A DNA stretch of 64,000 nucleotides from Eukaryota sp. TZLM1-RC (GCA_040285825.1 JAUPSS010000009.1:434001-498000); one strand, 5' to 3'. Shown: positions 10,797 to 23,183, numbered from the stretch's first letter. Program-made: numbers and translations. Notes: generated by a model from the letters alone, not told the origin.

Positions 10797-12162
10797 CAAG
10801 TACACTTTTCTCCTGACCAAATTCCAATGGTTCAAATATTGGTTGAAATTTTGAACGGAATATTGGTTGGGAGAGTGTTTACTGGGTGAAAGTTGTGTCA
10901 TGTATCTTCTGCCAGTTCGACAGGGGATAACTCGACATTGATTATCAATTAAGAAGAAACCGCATAATCTGGATTGGCCCAGATCAACGCCAATAAGGGG
11001 CCTTTCAGGTAAATATTCGATTGGATGTCTACGTCTTCGATGGGGAATTGTTATAGTGTCTTTCAACTGTGTTTCTCTGGTTTTGTTGGCATCGGAGTCA
11101 CTTTTCATTTCTTTTTTCAATCTTCGTTTCTTTTTCGGTGGTTCATCCAGCTCATTTGTGCTTTCTGAGTCATTATTTTTACCTTCAAAGGTCAAAAGCA
11201 GTTCATTACCATTAGTTTTCATTAAATTTTTTTAAATCTATTTTTCAAACTTTTTCTGTTGTTATTAAATTTTTGGTAAGAGCATTGTTTGAATATTGGT
11301 TTTACACATGTATTTTTGATAAACTTTGTTTTGGAAGATGATCCTTCAATAAGTGGAAATTTTTTCACAGAATGGAAAACATGTGAAGGAACTTCAAGAA
11401 ATTTAGAACCTTTATGAGAAGCTACAGGTATTATTCTAAATTTCTTCCAGCAATGCATATGAGAAAAGTAAGTGAGTAAGTATTGAGAAATTTTAATATT
11501 AAAGAGAAAAGGCTCACCAATTTCCTTCGATGAAAAGGTGATTTTATCATGTGAAGACAGTAGAGAGGCAGTGGCAGGAAATCTTTGAAGGAGATTCAAG
11601 ATAAACTTACATACATTTAATAAAAAGAATCTTTCTGTTGAATTATTCAGATTGAAATTGATGTAGTGTTCGAGAATAGAAAGAATAACTACTGCGGATT
11701 GCTCATCTTCTGTTATTGCATTAGCTTCTAGAGGTGCCAAGGGTTTATCTGGTTTAAGAGGGAAAAGATAATTGGCAAAGACATTCATCTTATCCAGGGC
11801 TCTACAATGAGCACGAATGAAGTTTCTTGTCCAGGATTGACAAATTTCAGATAAAATTGTCTTAACATTGGATGCCAATTGACAAGCCCGACAAGCAAAA
11901 TAAGGAGGAACTCTTTTTCTATCAATAAAATTACATCTCTGTTACTGCAGCCAAGCATTGAGGAAAATATTGATTAAATTTCTATAAGGAACTAAAGAAT
12001 TTTCCCATGAAAAAACAAGAGACCTGTCTTGTGGGCATTCAGGAAATAATCCACTGTAAAAGATATGGAATAATTGCGTTGGCCTTCAGATGTGGAAGGC
12101 TTTGGAAAAGAACCAGTGCTGATGACGGTCATAACAAGATACCATATATCTTGCTCCATTAA
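10797..12162 (-). pseudogene. Fanzor1 middle segment including RuvC-I
   Basis: LIGVDLGQSRL (RuvC-I), FRIIPV, NFNQYLNHW; frameshifts near 11222 and ~12000 and one in-frame TAA; bounded by the two LTR-element TSDs. Confidence 0.85.
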
Positions 12163-12307
12163 TGATGGTCTACGCTGGTTAGTGTCAGACATACAGAGTA
12201 AAAGTAATGAGATTTATTATAAAGAGGAATTGCATTCTCTCTTCTTAAATTAATAGGCGGAATACTAATAAACTATCTAAAACTATAAATACTATGCAAG
12301 ACTAACA
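12163..12307 (-). repeat. 3' LTR of element 2
   Basis: Aligns to 18007-18154; PPT immediately adjacent at 12308-12326. Confidence 0.92.
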
Positions 12308-15300
12308 CTGCCTTTTCCTCTCTTTCGAGCGACGAGCTCTGGAAGCTCTAGTCACAGGAGATGAACCATAGGAATTGGTACGCTTCTTGGGAGGAGCGGA
12401 TTTAGTACGGCGACGTGCTTTTGAAGTCTTGATGAAGTCTTTATACGCGGCAGTATTTTGAACTGTAGACACGTGTTCAGTGGTGATCTCTTTTCCAGGC
12501 CATTGCACTTGGCAAAAGTCACCTTCCTGACTGAGCACATTTTCAATGATGTGTTTTTCGACATCACCTGTAGCGACCCAGAAATGGAACTCATCGTTGG
12601 TGGGCAAGCTGGAGTGTCAGGGTGCTAAATGTTTGACGCTAGCTTGGACAATCGTACCGGTGCAGAGATTCTTAATATTCACAGACGAATTGGATACGAT
12701 TTCAGTAATTAGGAAGGGACCTCAATAGTCTCCATGAAGCTTAGCGGAGGAGCTGGAAGCTCGTAATACCAATTGACCAACTTCAAAAGGATTTGGAGAT
12801 GCTGATCTGGTTAGCTTGGAAGCTTTGGAAGCTTGATGGTGTGCTGCCTTTTCCTGTTTTTCTTTCAACCTTCGAAATTTAGATTGAATTTCTTGAATAA
12901 AAGTTGACTCGGACGTCGAGCTTTCAATGATTTCAAGAATTTTGCCAGGGTCTGATTTAGGAGACACATCTGAGCCAAAGATCACTTGGTATGGAGTGTG
13001 GTTAGTTATTGAGCTCTTAAAAGAGTTGATCAATAATTGCACATAAGGCAAGTATTCAGACCACACATCGTAGGCGTTGAAGTCTACGAGCAATTTCCGT
13101 AGGTTTTGCAGGATGTCTCTGTGTCGGCGCTCTACCAGGCCGTTGGACTGAGAAAACCTAGGTATTGACTTTGACACCTCTATGCCCAAGAATTTGCTTA
13201 GTTCGTCAAAGACAGCTTTGGAAAATTCGGGTCCATTATCGCTGTGGATTTGAAATGGAATGCCAAAGATGGCACAGACTTTATAATTTAATGCATCTGC
13301 AGTAAGATTGACATTTATCTTTTTTAAAGGCACGATGATCGTGAATCTAGAAAAGCTGTCAATAAATACGAGGATGTATTTATAGCCTTCTTTATCTTCT
13401 GGAAGAGGACCAATAATGTCGGCGTTTACGCGAGCAAAAGGTCTGTCAGCCCACAATGAACCGGTTGGGGGAACATGCAGTTTGGAAACTGGCTTAGTTT
13501 TCTGACAGGAGGGGCAATCTTGGACGTGCTTATTCTTGTCGGTGAGCATGTTAGGCCACCAATAGTCGCTGTTTCTGAGCTTGTCCAGGCTTTCAGCTTT
13601 GCTTGGATGGCCTCCTTGCAGAAGTCCGTGCAACAAGTTAAGGGTGTCCTTAATGAGTGATTTGGAAATCACTATCTTGTTGTCGTGAGTCATATATAAA
13701 TCAAGATTGTTGTTATGAACACAGTTGTTGAAAGAGGGGTCTTTGGAAGCTATGGCAAGCTTCTGTTCGGACCTAATCCTACAGAGCCATGGCTCGACAA
13801 TAGGTAGGTCGTTGGAACATCGTTCTCTGATGACCATGATACGTTCAAAGTTGTTTAAATCTTCTATGTAGTATCTTTCGTTTTCTGTTCCATCTATTTT
13901 ATCAATGTAAAATATTGGATCAAAATTTGGAGATATTTGATGGGACAAATGATTGATCTCTTGATGGTCTATAGGCGGAACTATTTGAGACAACATATCA
14001 GCCCAGAAGTTATCTTCCCCTTTGGTATGTACCAAATCAAAGTAGAATTCGGAGAATATGGGTAACCATCTGGTTACAATTCTGCTCTTCTCAGGAGTTG
14101 TGAACATGTAGGTAAGGTTTTGATGGTCTGTGAATATGACCAGTTTTCTTCCTTTCAAGTAGTTTTCGAAACCACTTTGAGTCAACATGAGTAAGATAGC
14201 ATAGAGTTCCTTTTGGTTTGTCGGCCAGTTCTTTTGCGAGTTGGTTAACAACCGGTTGAAGAAACTGATGGACCTACATTTCCTGTTGATCAGGGGGGTA
14301 CCGGGGTCGTCGACTTGTTCAATTTGTTCCCATATGACGCCGCCTACAGCTATGTTGGATGCATCGCAACTAATTAAAATTTGGCTTTCCAGGGGAGGTA
14401 AGCTGAGCGGCATGTGGTTCGCTATCAGTTGTTTGAACTTTCGGAGGAGTCCGTCGTGCATGTCGGTCCATTGAAGGCGTTGCGCGCGGGGTTTGGGTTT
14501 AACATTGGAGTTGTTTCTTAGTCAATCTGATGATAGGAGCGATGAGCTCAGATACCTGAGGAAGCCATTCTCTAATGAAGTTGACTGATCCTACGAGGCT
14601 GCGGACATCTTTGATGGTCTTTGGTCTAGGTAGATTCAACAAAGATTCAACGCGAGTGGGATCAATAGTCCGTTGTTTGTTTTGGAAAACACTGCCCAGT
14701 ATCTTGATGGGTGTCTGGAAGACATGAAATGGCACTTTGGAAGTCCCAAGGAAACTCTTTTGCATCTGGCTTGATCAAGGACGCGACGGAGGCGTTCAAT
14801 GAATTCGTCAAAGGTTGAACCTATGATTATGATGTCATCTATGTAAATGAAGACACCGTCTCCAGAGAAGATGTCAGCCATGACGTTTTGGAAAACGGCT
14901 GGGACATTCTTGAGGCCAAAGGCTGCGCGTTTGAACATGATACTTTTGCCAGTCCGTTTCAGCAATCTTGAGTTGCCGAAAGGCTTTGGGGAGGTCAGGG
15001 GTGCCTATGTAGTTCGCTTGGGAAAGAAATACCAGCACATCGGAGATCTTTGGAAGGTTGGGCTAAACAGGAATGGTGTTGGCGTTGACTCCGTCCTTGC
15101 CACTATAATCACCGGTAAGGCGGGGCTTACGGTGATCTGGGTAGACCACTAGACAGACAGGGGAGCTGAACTCATGGTTCGATGGAACAGCAAATCCTGA
15201 GTCTACGAGTTCGTCGAAAATTTGATTAGAATCTAGCCTGGCTAGATTCAGGGTTCTGGGGAGTCTTCTAACTCTGACGTCTTCATTGTAGAAGTTGATT

Positions 15301-18036
15301 TCCATGGGAGGGCAATCAATACCTTCAACGTGAGGCTTGAGGGTAAATACGTCTTCGAACTCTTTCAAAGTTTGAAGTAGGGACTTCTTGAAATGGTCGT
15401 TGTCGAGGTTGATGGTACAACCAGATGAGTTGATGTGTTGCAACCAACGTGTGGAAACGTTGACGACTTCTGAAGCTTGTGATATTCGATGATCGAATTC
15501 GGCTTCAGGTAATAGTGATGTGCGACAGGCGTCGTCCATTCTAATGTTAATGCCCTTGTTGTTCATCAGTCCAAGGTGACTCAACAAGTGAGCACCTATG
15601 AGAATGGTCTCATGTCCAGGAACGATGCTGAACTTGTGTTTCACATGTACAATCTGGGTAACACTACCTAGTCTAATGCTAAGGTTTCCAGAAGCAGTAC
15701 CAAGGGACTGTGAGGTGGTTCCATCAGCAATCGTGTAGGATATGGTTTCGTTGGAACGTGCCATGTTGCAATTAATGATGACATCTTCCGTAACTACTGA
15801 GCATGTTGTGCCAGAGTCGATTATGCCTTTAACTTCGACATTGTTGATCGAGAAGTTTAATTGTAGGCAGTTGGGTGTGGATTTTATGGATTGTACCATG
15901 AATATTGTATCAGAATCGTATTCAGCTTGTTCTGAGAAGAAATTAGCTTGAATGTTGTGTGTCTTGGTATGTTCCAAGTTGGCCAAAGGATTGATTAGGG
16001 AATCTTTCCATGTTGTGCTTTCTGTGTGGGGATGTGTTGTAGTTGTAGGGGGTATGGTTTCAAAAATGCGTAAATAGTGACGATAACGTTTATTGTATGA
16101 TGAAGAGCCTCTGCCTCTGCCGCGAGTGCCACTTCGACTACGGAAACCAGAATTTCTAGAACCTCTGCCTCGAGCTTGCTGTTGAGCTTGTTGCTCTCTC
16201 CACTTTTTGCTTCTTTGGCAGTCCTCACTAGGGCACCTTTCAGTCGGATGACCCATTTGTTAACAGAAATTGCATTGGACGTTGGACTTAGACTGAGTGG
16301 AAGACGGTTGAGTAGAGATTCCTTCTCGCCGTTGTTGTTTTAGGCGTCTGCCAGAGCTGGAACCTCTTGGTTTGGGGATAGCAGGGGGAGAAGGTACCGT
16401 CTGTCTGCGACGGTTCTCGGTCTGAAATGAGATTCTGTTCTGATACAAGAAGTCAACGTGATTGACCTCCTCCTTGAAAGATCTAGCATTACAGAAATTT
16501 TCGTATTCTATTTGGAGAACACTGAAAAATTCTCCTAGGGTGTGACCATTTGAGTAGTAATGGGAGGGATTGGACCAGATCCTGAGGAGTCTGTCCCTGA
16601 TGATGGTAATGCCGATGCTTTCGATGACGTGATGATCGGTATTCTATATATCCAGGGAAAACAGCGACGAGATGTAAAGCTCTTTGAAGATTACCGGATC
16701 TTCTGTGGTCGGGACCGCAGTATGATGCTATATGATCTGGACGTCTATTATACAGAAAGAGTCTTTCTCCGTATGTGGTTTCAGTGAACCCCCACCCTGT
16801 TCTGTAGTCTCTATCGATAAGGATATCTAGAAATGCGTTGTACCCAGGGCTGAACCTAGGGTAGGGGCAAGGGTTGTAGGCGTTGATAAAAAGGTTGTCT
16901 TCGTCTCCAGCGAAGCGTCTGAATACTCCCTCTCGTGTGGTTCTCATGAACCTAACTCCGGGTCTAGGGTCGTGAGTGGGTTCAGGATCATGTCTCGTGT
17001 TCGCTGGAGTAATTCTTTCATCGGAGAGGTATGGACCAATCCTTGGAGTGATCCATAATCCTAAGTCATTTTCGACTCTAGGACCGAAGAAAGGAGGACG
17101 CCCATTGCTCATCTTCGTGGGAGGGATGGCTTCGGGGTCTTCTGGAATTACTTGAGAATCCCTATATCGGGCATAAGGATTGTGCTAACGGGAAGCACCG
17201 TGATCATGAACGCTAGAACTAGCGTGGAAGCTAGGGTCGAGAGGTGTCTGTTCAGTAGAGCTGAATCTACTTGGAGCCTGAATCGCCCAATCAAGTCTTC
17301 TTCTGAGTTCCCCCATCCGTTGTTCACGGCAATGTTGAAAATCATCTCCAGTTCTAGACTCCTGGGGAGGAGCAGAAGATTGAGTTGTTGAAAATTCCGT
17401 AGCAGGTTCTACATAATCAATCAGATCTGAGAAGATCTGCTCATATCTCTTTCTTTGTTCTTCAGACAGATATGAAGGAAAATTCAGGGTGCTATGAGCG
17501 GGATCAATAGCATGAGGTGGGGAAACCGTCAGATTGTCAACTCCGCTTACTGTGGTTGAAGTAAGGGGAGATCCTGAAGCTGGAACAGCAGGATTTTGAC
17601 TTACTCTCTTTACAGTTGAAACTGAAGGAGGTTGATTGGAGGATGGAACCTCAGACTCAGGTCTAGGAGATGAAGTTGGGACTTCAGAGCTTCTCTGAGG
17701 GAGGGGAGAAGATGAGACTTCTGATACCCTGAGTGAAGAAGAAGAGGGAGGAGCTTCGGAATCCTCAGCATCTTCGTCGTCATAGGAGACCAACGAAGAG
17801 CTTCTTCCTTCCGAAGGAATAGAATCCTCTGGAAGGGAACTGTCTTCCTTTGGGATAGAACCTTCAGGGAGAGTGGCTTCAGAAAGCGCAGAAGCTTCTA
17901 CTGAAGAAGGGGGCACGGGAGCTGGGTCTGTGGTTAGTGGTGAGGAAGAGGGATCAGTCTCTTCCTCGTGGATCCTGCGTTGAGCCGTTGACGACCCAAT
18001 ACGTATTGATGGTCTAGGCTGGTTGGTGTCAGACAT
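12302..18036 (-). pseudogene. gag-pol of element 2, multiple frameshifts and stops
   Basis: Ser/Pro-rich N-terminus, CNFC..GH..C knuckle, protease, RT, RNase H, integrase (579-aa ORF), chromodomain-like HIIENVLS..QVQWPG..TEH. Confidence 0.9.
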
Positions 18037-18154
18037 ACAGAGTAAAGATAATGAGATTTATTACGAAGAGGAATTGCATTCTCTCTTCTTAAACTAATAG
18101 GCGGAATAATAGTGAACTATCTAAATGAACTATAAATACTATTCAAGACTAACA
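18007..18154 (-). repeat. 5' LTR of element 2 (contains gag ATG at 18036)
   Basis: Direct repeat of 12163-12307. Confidence 0.92.
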
Positions 18155-18338
18155 TTAAAGCTTTAAATGGCAACATAAAATTTGGAAGAAAAGATTGAAG
18201 TAATAAAGAAGCCTCATGACAGATTTCGGTGACCAAAGGAAGGTCAGTCCGAATTTGTTGCACCGCTGCAGGGGTCAGCAGCGAGTCAAGTGCACAAGAC
18301 CGAATGAATACACGTGACACAGAGTGGGTGTCTGTCAT
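18155..18338 (-). pseudogene. Fanzor1 N-terminal segment
   Basis: MTDTHSV..VTEICHEASLLL..FKAL joins in frame through the TTAA TSD to MEQDIWYLV at 12158. Confidence 0.75.
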
Positions 18339-18985
18339 GTAGTGAGAATAAACAGCTCATCTATCAATTTTACACTTGTCACCCCATTTTCGACTTGTGC
18401 TTGCCTGTTCTGGGAGGTTTTTAACCCTCAACTTGGTTTTGGGAGGTTTTCACTTTTCTCTCACTCGTAAACTAGGTTTTGGTTATCTCGCAACGGAACC
18501 TTGAATATACCTCTTTGCGCCAAAAGTGTTTCTCTTTCAATACTCTCTTTTAGTTTGGTCTATTGTTTTGTTTTTATGTATTGTCTTTTTCTCATTCATT
18601 CTTATTTCCCTCACTTACCTTTTTTTCCAAGTTTTAGTACTCCCCATGTACTCTTTTTATGTGTTTTTCTGCTCATCTTTGACTCTTTTTTTACCTTATA
18701 CCCGCAGTTGATTTCCTTTTTTAAACATTTGATGTACTCGTCCTAAAACCCTCCTCTCTCATCATCGTAAATGATGTTGTCCTCCATCATAATTATTTGA
18801 ATAATAAATATAAATGTGTATGTGTAATGTAGGACAGAGTTGTTTATTAACTTTTAAGTCACTATTATTTTGGGAACAATTCAATTTTTAACAAAACAAA
18901 CTAGTTTTGTATCGTAGTTGAAGTTGTACGGTAGTTGTAGTTTTTAAATACAGAATGCTTTTCGTCAAATAAATAAACCTATTTT

Positions 18986-20499
18986 TTGATTGATTTACTG
19001 AAATGTATTTTACTTTCGAATTGTCCAGTTTTTACAATAGTTGATGGTATTGAAATTCAAGCCAAATTATCTTCAATTGGTGCTATTCGTCATTTGGGTT
19101 CGTTTTTAGGAAGTAATGATGAACTTACCAAAGAATTGTTTGAAAAGTTGAAATCAATTTCCGAAAAAATTGACCGAATGATGACTTTAGATATACAAAA
19201 ACATATCAAATTTACCATTATAAGACTGTGTTTTAGTTCCAACTTTAATCATATATTTCGATCTACAAATCCTCTCGTCACTACACCTTTGGCCCAGAAG
19301 TTTTATGAATTACTTGCAAAAATTTTGTCACAATTACTGGGATGTAAAATGTTCCAAATTCCAGATCATGCTTCTCTTAGTTTACAATATGGCAGTTTAG
19401 GTTGGACAAAGGCTTCTATTCTTACTTCATGTGCTTTTATTGGTGGATGCAGAAATGCAATATTTGAGTTTTCTAAAAGATTTGCCGATTGGGAAGATTT
19501 AATAATGGCAACACAAGGTTCCACTGTTTTTGCATTAAATGATGAAATTTCAAAAATTGATGTGGAAAAATGGAGTCGATGCTTTCCCCAATCATTCAAT
19601 TGCAATATTTCAGAAAAGAATTTTTTATATTTAAAATACAGTCTTCGAACATTACAGAAACGATTGACTGGAATTTATGAAAATGATTTTTATAATAATA
19701 TATGCAGCTCGGCTGTTTTAAATCAAGATCTTCACTCTTTGTTATTGGAAAAGGGTGTTTGTAACCATTGTACCACGAAGATTTGGACTGTGTGCTACTA
19801 ATGAAGCATTTGTGAAAAATGAGATTATATTTGAATTTCCCCAATAATCAATTATTATTAAAAGAAGAATGTATTTGTTCGAATTCACCTCAGCTCACTC
19901 TGCGACATGCTCTGAATTGTTCGAAATTGATGACTTGTCGTTCTTCATTACATGATGCTGTTAGAGACACTGTTTTTAATATGGCACAAACTACAAGAAT
20001 TTCGTGTATCAAAGAACCTCTTCTGAAGGAAACATTGTCATTGAACAATTTTGGTTCTGATGATAGAGGTGATGTATACTGTGATTGGATTGATAACTCT
20101 GAAGCTGTTGTTGACTTTGTCTCATGTTATGTTGCAAATGACACTTTGGTTCACAAAAGAAAACTTAATCCTGTATGTGCTTTTGAATTTAAAGGAAAAG
20201 AAAAACATAGAAAATATGACAAAGATATCGAAGAGGCTAATGCTGGAAGAAATACACCACTAGTTTTTATTGCTTTTCCATTTTCGATAAACGGAAGACT
20301 ATCAGTAGAAACTTTTTTGAATGACTTCCAAAAAATGGTTCAAGAAAAAACAATGAAAAGATTTGATATTTTTTTATGGCGCTCTCGGATTCAATTTGCC
20401 ATTATTAATAGATTACCTCGGTTTTTCAATCGAATTAGAGAAGTTTTAGCTAGACAGCAAGCAGATCAAGATTTTGTAGATGAAATCTTGGTTCAATGA
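18986..20499 (+). mobile_element. 5'-truncated non-LTR retrotransposon (CRE/SLACS-like): RT thumb, Zn knuckle, restriction-like endonuclease
   Basis: RHLGSFLG, IRLCFSSNFNHIFR, QYGSLG, CIC..HALNC..HDAVRD, EP, RGD..VDF, KHRKY. Confidence 0.82.
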
Positions 20500-20805
20500 T
20501 TTTCGTCCCATTAGTTATGAATTAATTTTATTAAATGAGCATGTTCAATAAATATGATTGATTTAACTTGAGTAAATGGATTAGCTTAATCACTATGCTG
20601 TTGTGCATTACACAGTTGAAATTCAGTTGAAATCTCATAAGGGAGGCAGTATAGGTTGATGAAGAGAGGGAGTTGACAGAAAAATTCACGATTGGAGCAA
20701 CAGAAATTGAAAGAATTAGAACAGGGGGATATTCAACCAAACAGACCACCACAGTAAGTTAGAAAATTGAAATTTCTCAGTCATCAACATTGCATCCCCC
20801 AATTG

Positions 20806-21108
20806 ATGTCATCTTTCAAAGAATTGTTCTCAAATCAATACCAGGGAGCTATTGAAGAAATGTTCAATTTGTCAGAGATTCTAGGCGTGCCATCCTTACA
20901 TAAACCACTTGCAGCTTCTATTAAACCATTAGTAAGTAAGGAATCGAATCTTGAATCTATTCGCTCAGATCTTAATCGTATTGGTTTACAACTTCAGAAT
21001 CTGGACCCAGCAATGTCAAATGTTCCAGTTGTGACACAGGATGCTGCAAGAGCTGCCAACTATGTCAAGGGTACTCTGGCAAGATTCAATAAATCAGAAA
21101 ATGACTGA
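20806..21108 (+). CDS. Small hypothetical helical protein (100 aa)
   Basis: ATG 20806, coding-like composition, no recognisable motif. Confidence 0.45.
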   Translation: MSSFKELFSNQYQGAIEEMFNLSEILGVPSLHKPLAASIKPLVSKESNLESIRSDLNRIGLQLQNLDPAMSNVPVVTQDAARAANYVKGTLARFNKSEND

Positions 21109-21270
21109 TCCTATCATATTCTTATATCTTTATAATGACATTTTTGCCGCCTCACATTGAAGAATATCGATTAAGCTGTCAAAAGATAGAAATTGTGAAT
21201 AATACCAAAGTGGGTATCACTACCCGATATCAATGATACATCTCTACATTCTCATATTACTTTGTCAGCA

Positions 21271-22148
21271 ATGCTGAGGTATAAACTTGATCATGGAATG
21301 TATGGTGTTGGGAGTCTCGACTTAATTGAAATTGTGAAGTTCGCTGTCGTCATTGCCTTATGTAGGTTTCTTCTGTCCTTTTTTATACGATCTTTTTTGA
21401 GAGGGAGGTCATATCCTCTTTCAAAACTCACTGAATCAAGCTTTTATGCCATTTATTATTGTTTTATTACAGTTTTGCAATTCACGCTACTTTATCCTCA
21501 ACGGTGGTTCAAGCCTATCAACTGGACAGATACCGTGCCGCTCTTACGCTTTAATTATACTATATATGAGGTAAAACTAATCTATCTCATACAGATTGGA
21601 TTCTATTTACAAGGTATCATCGCCGTGTTTAGAGAGTCCCGAAACCGACGTGACTTTTCAATGATGATTACACACCATGTCTCTACTTCTGTGCTACTAC
21701 TGACGTCTCTATATTGCTCCAATGCGACTGAATATGGAACACTTGTGCTTTTCCTACACGACTTTTCTGATATTTCTCTATTTGTTGCCAAAACATTGAA
21801 CTATTTGTCATTTAATGCACTGGCAAATGTCGTATTTGTAGTATTTGCAGTCATCTTTTTCTTTTGTAGACTGATAGTTTTTCCGTGGGTCATAGGGGTT
21901 CTTCCAAGAGGTTCTACCAACTTGGTTCTTACCAATGGAAAGTCATCACTTCTACATGCGTGTGTTGATTTCGTTTTTGTTCTAATTATAGTTGTTTTTG
22001 GGGTTCTCCATTATTGATATTACAGTTCCTCCATATTAAATGGTTTCTGATGATTGTGCAGATGGTAAAGAGAAAGAAAAGGGATGGTAAGCTAAAGGGA
22101 GACATCAGATCACCAACAATTTCTAGCAAGACTGTCAAGAGTGAATAG
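21271..22148 (+). CDS. Ceramide synthase (TLC/Lag1 domain); 32-nt intron 21960-21991
   Basis: RRDFSMMITHH, LFLHDFSD Lag1 motif; splicing restores LQFLHIKWF..GDIRS C-terminus. Confidence 0.9.
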
Positions 22149-22322
22149 TACCATCTTCAGATCAAAATAGGCACTATGTAATGAAGATTAGAGTTGTGTA
22201 AAGTCTGATAAAACCTAATTATTCACAAATTATTTTGGAAATTAAGATAAAGGTTTAATACAATTGAATGAGAAACAAAAAAAACAAAAAATTTACATTC
22301 AAACAAAAAATACAAACTTAAT

Positions 22323-23114
22323 CTAAAAATACAAGAATGATGTAGATCCGAGCAAAACTTTGATGGGAAGAACCACTCCCAAACTTCCAGCAATTGGCAT
22401 AATAAAGTTGTCATCAAGACGAGAATCTGCGTACAACTCAGCTAGTGTAGCAAATAGAGCAGAAATTAAACCTGAAACAAGAGAGCAATGTACTGGAATT
22501 GCTAGGGTAAGTGAGGAGAAGACAAAGCCACTCAGAAAGCAAGCAATGAGACATCCCAAGGTACCTTCTAGTGTTTTCTTTCCTTTTATGCGGATCTTTC
22601 CAAATGCAACACCAGTAATTGCAGCAGCAACATCCCCAACAACTACATGTCCCATTCCTATGATGGCGGCAGCCGGAGGAAAGAATAGAACACTGAAAAG
22701 AGCCCCATTGGCGAAGTGGAATAATGCAGTTACGTCTAGAGTTAATAAGTAAAAGCTATTCAAACCGTGTCTTTCTTTCTTACGCATAACTCGTGAAAGA
22801 TACTTGAGACTGAACCTGTTGAAACATGGGAAAACAATGCGAAGAAGTTCAAAGAGTGCGAATGCTATGGAGAATAATGACGAGAAAAGAACGACGGTGG
22901 ACTTGGAGGCAACACCACCACGATAAAGGATGTAGTATAGAGAAGGATAACAAAAACCGTTAACATGGAATCCCTTACGGCGAATTTCATTTATAACCTT
23001 CTTACCAATAGCGTCACCAACGCTGTTTGGAAGTGAGATCAGTACAAAGCTGAGGGCAACATTTATCAAAATTGCAAGGCCGAAGGAAATCCAAGTGATT
23101 GATATTGAAGTCAT
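22323..23114 (-). CDS. CTP-dependent lipid kinase (Dgk1/dolichol/phytol kinase family)
   Basis: RRKGFH, GDVAAAITGVAFG, KKTLEG, LDDNF motifs. Confidence 0.85.
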   Translation of the reverse strand: MTSISITWISFGLAILINVALSFVLISLPNSVGDAIGKKVINEIRRKGFHVNGFCYPSLYYILYRGGVASKSTVVLFSSLFSIAFALFELLRIVFPCFNRFSLKYLSRVMRKKERHGLNSFYLLTLDVTALFHFANGALFSVLFFPPAAAIIGMGHVVVGDVAAAITGVAFGKIRIKGKKTLEGTLGCLIACFLSGFVFSSLTLAIPVHCSLVSGLISALFATLAELYADSRLDDNFIMPIAGSLGVVLPIKVLLGSTSFLYF

Positions 23115-23183
23115 AAGGGGGGAGGCTACTGCTAAAGAGTCTGTTGATTTCTTAATTTAATTTTTCAACCGAACATTGTGTTC

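Larger units (their letters stand above)
12163..18154 (-). mobile_element. Second, divergent Ty3/gypsy chromovirus-type LTR retrotransposon (element 2), ~145-bp LTRs, TSD TTAA
   Basis: LTRs 12163-12307 and 18007-18154 (TG..CA; about 11 substitutions plus a 3-nt indel); TTAA at 12159-12162 and 18155-18158; PPT GAAAGAGAGGAAAAGGCAG; PR IIDSG, RT YIDD, RH CDAS, IN HSDNGPEF. Confidence 0.93.

Noticed and set aside
2560-18520. TIRs, TSD or Helitron ends delimiting the Fanzor transposon
   Set aside because: Only 8-nt matches (AAGGTTCC/GGAACCTT) were found, which are not significant
18501-18746. Hydrophobic short ORFs
   Set aside because: T-rich low-complexity DNA without true ATG starts
20531-20790. 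Purine-rich coding-like stretch with a GTAAGT donor
   Set aside because: Could not build a consistent spliced ORF with the downstream gene
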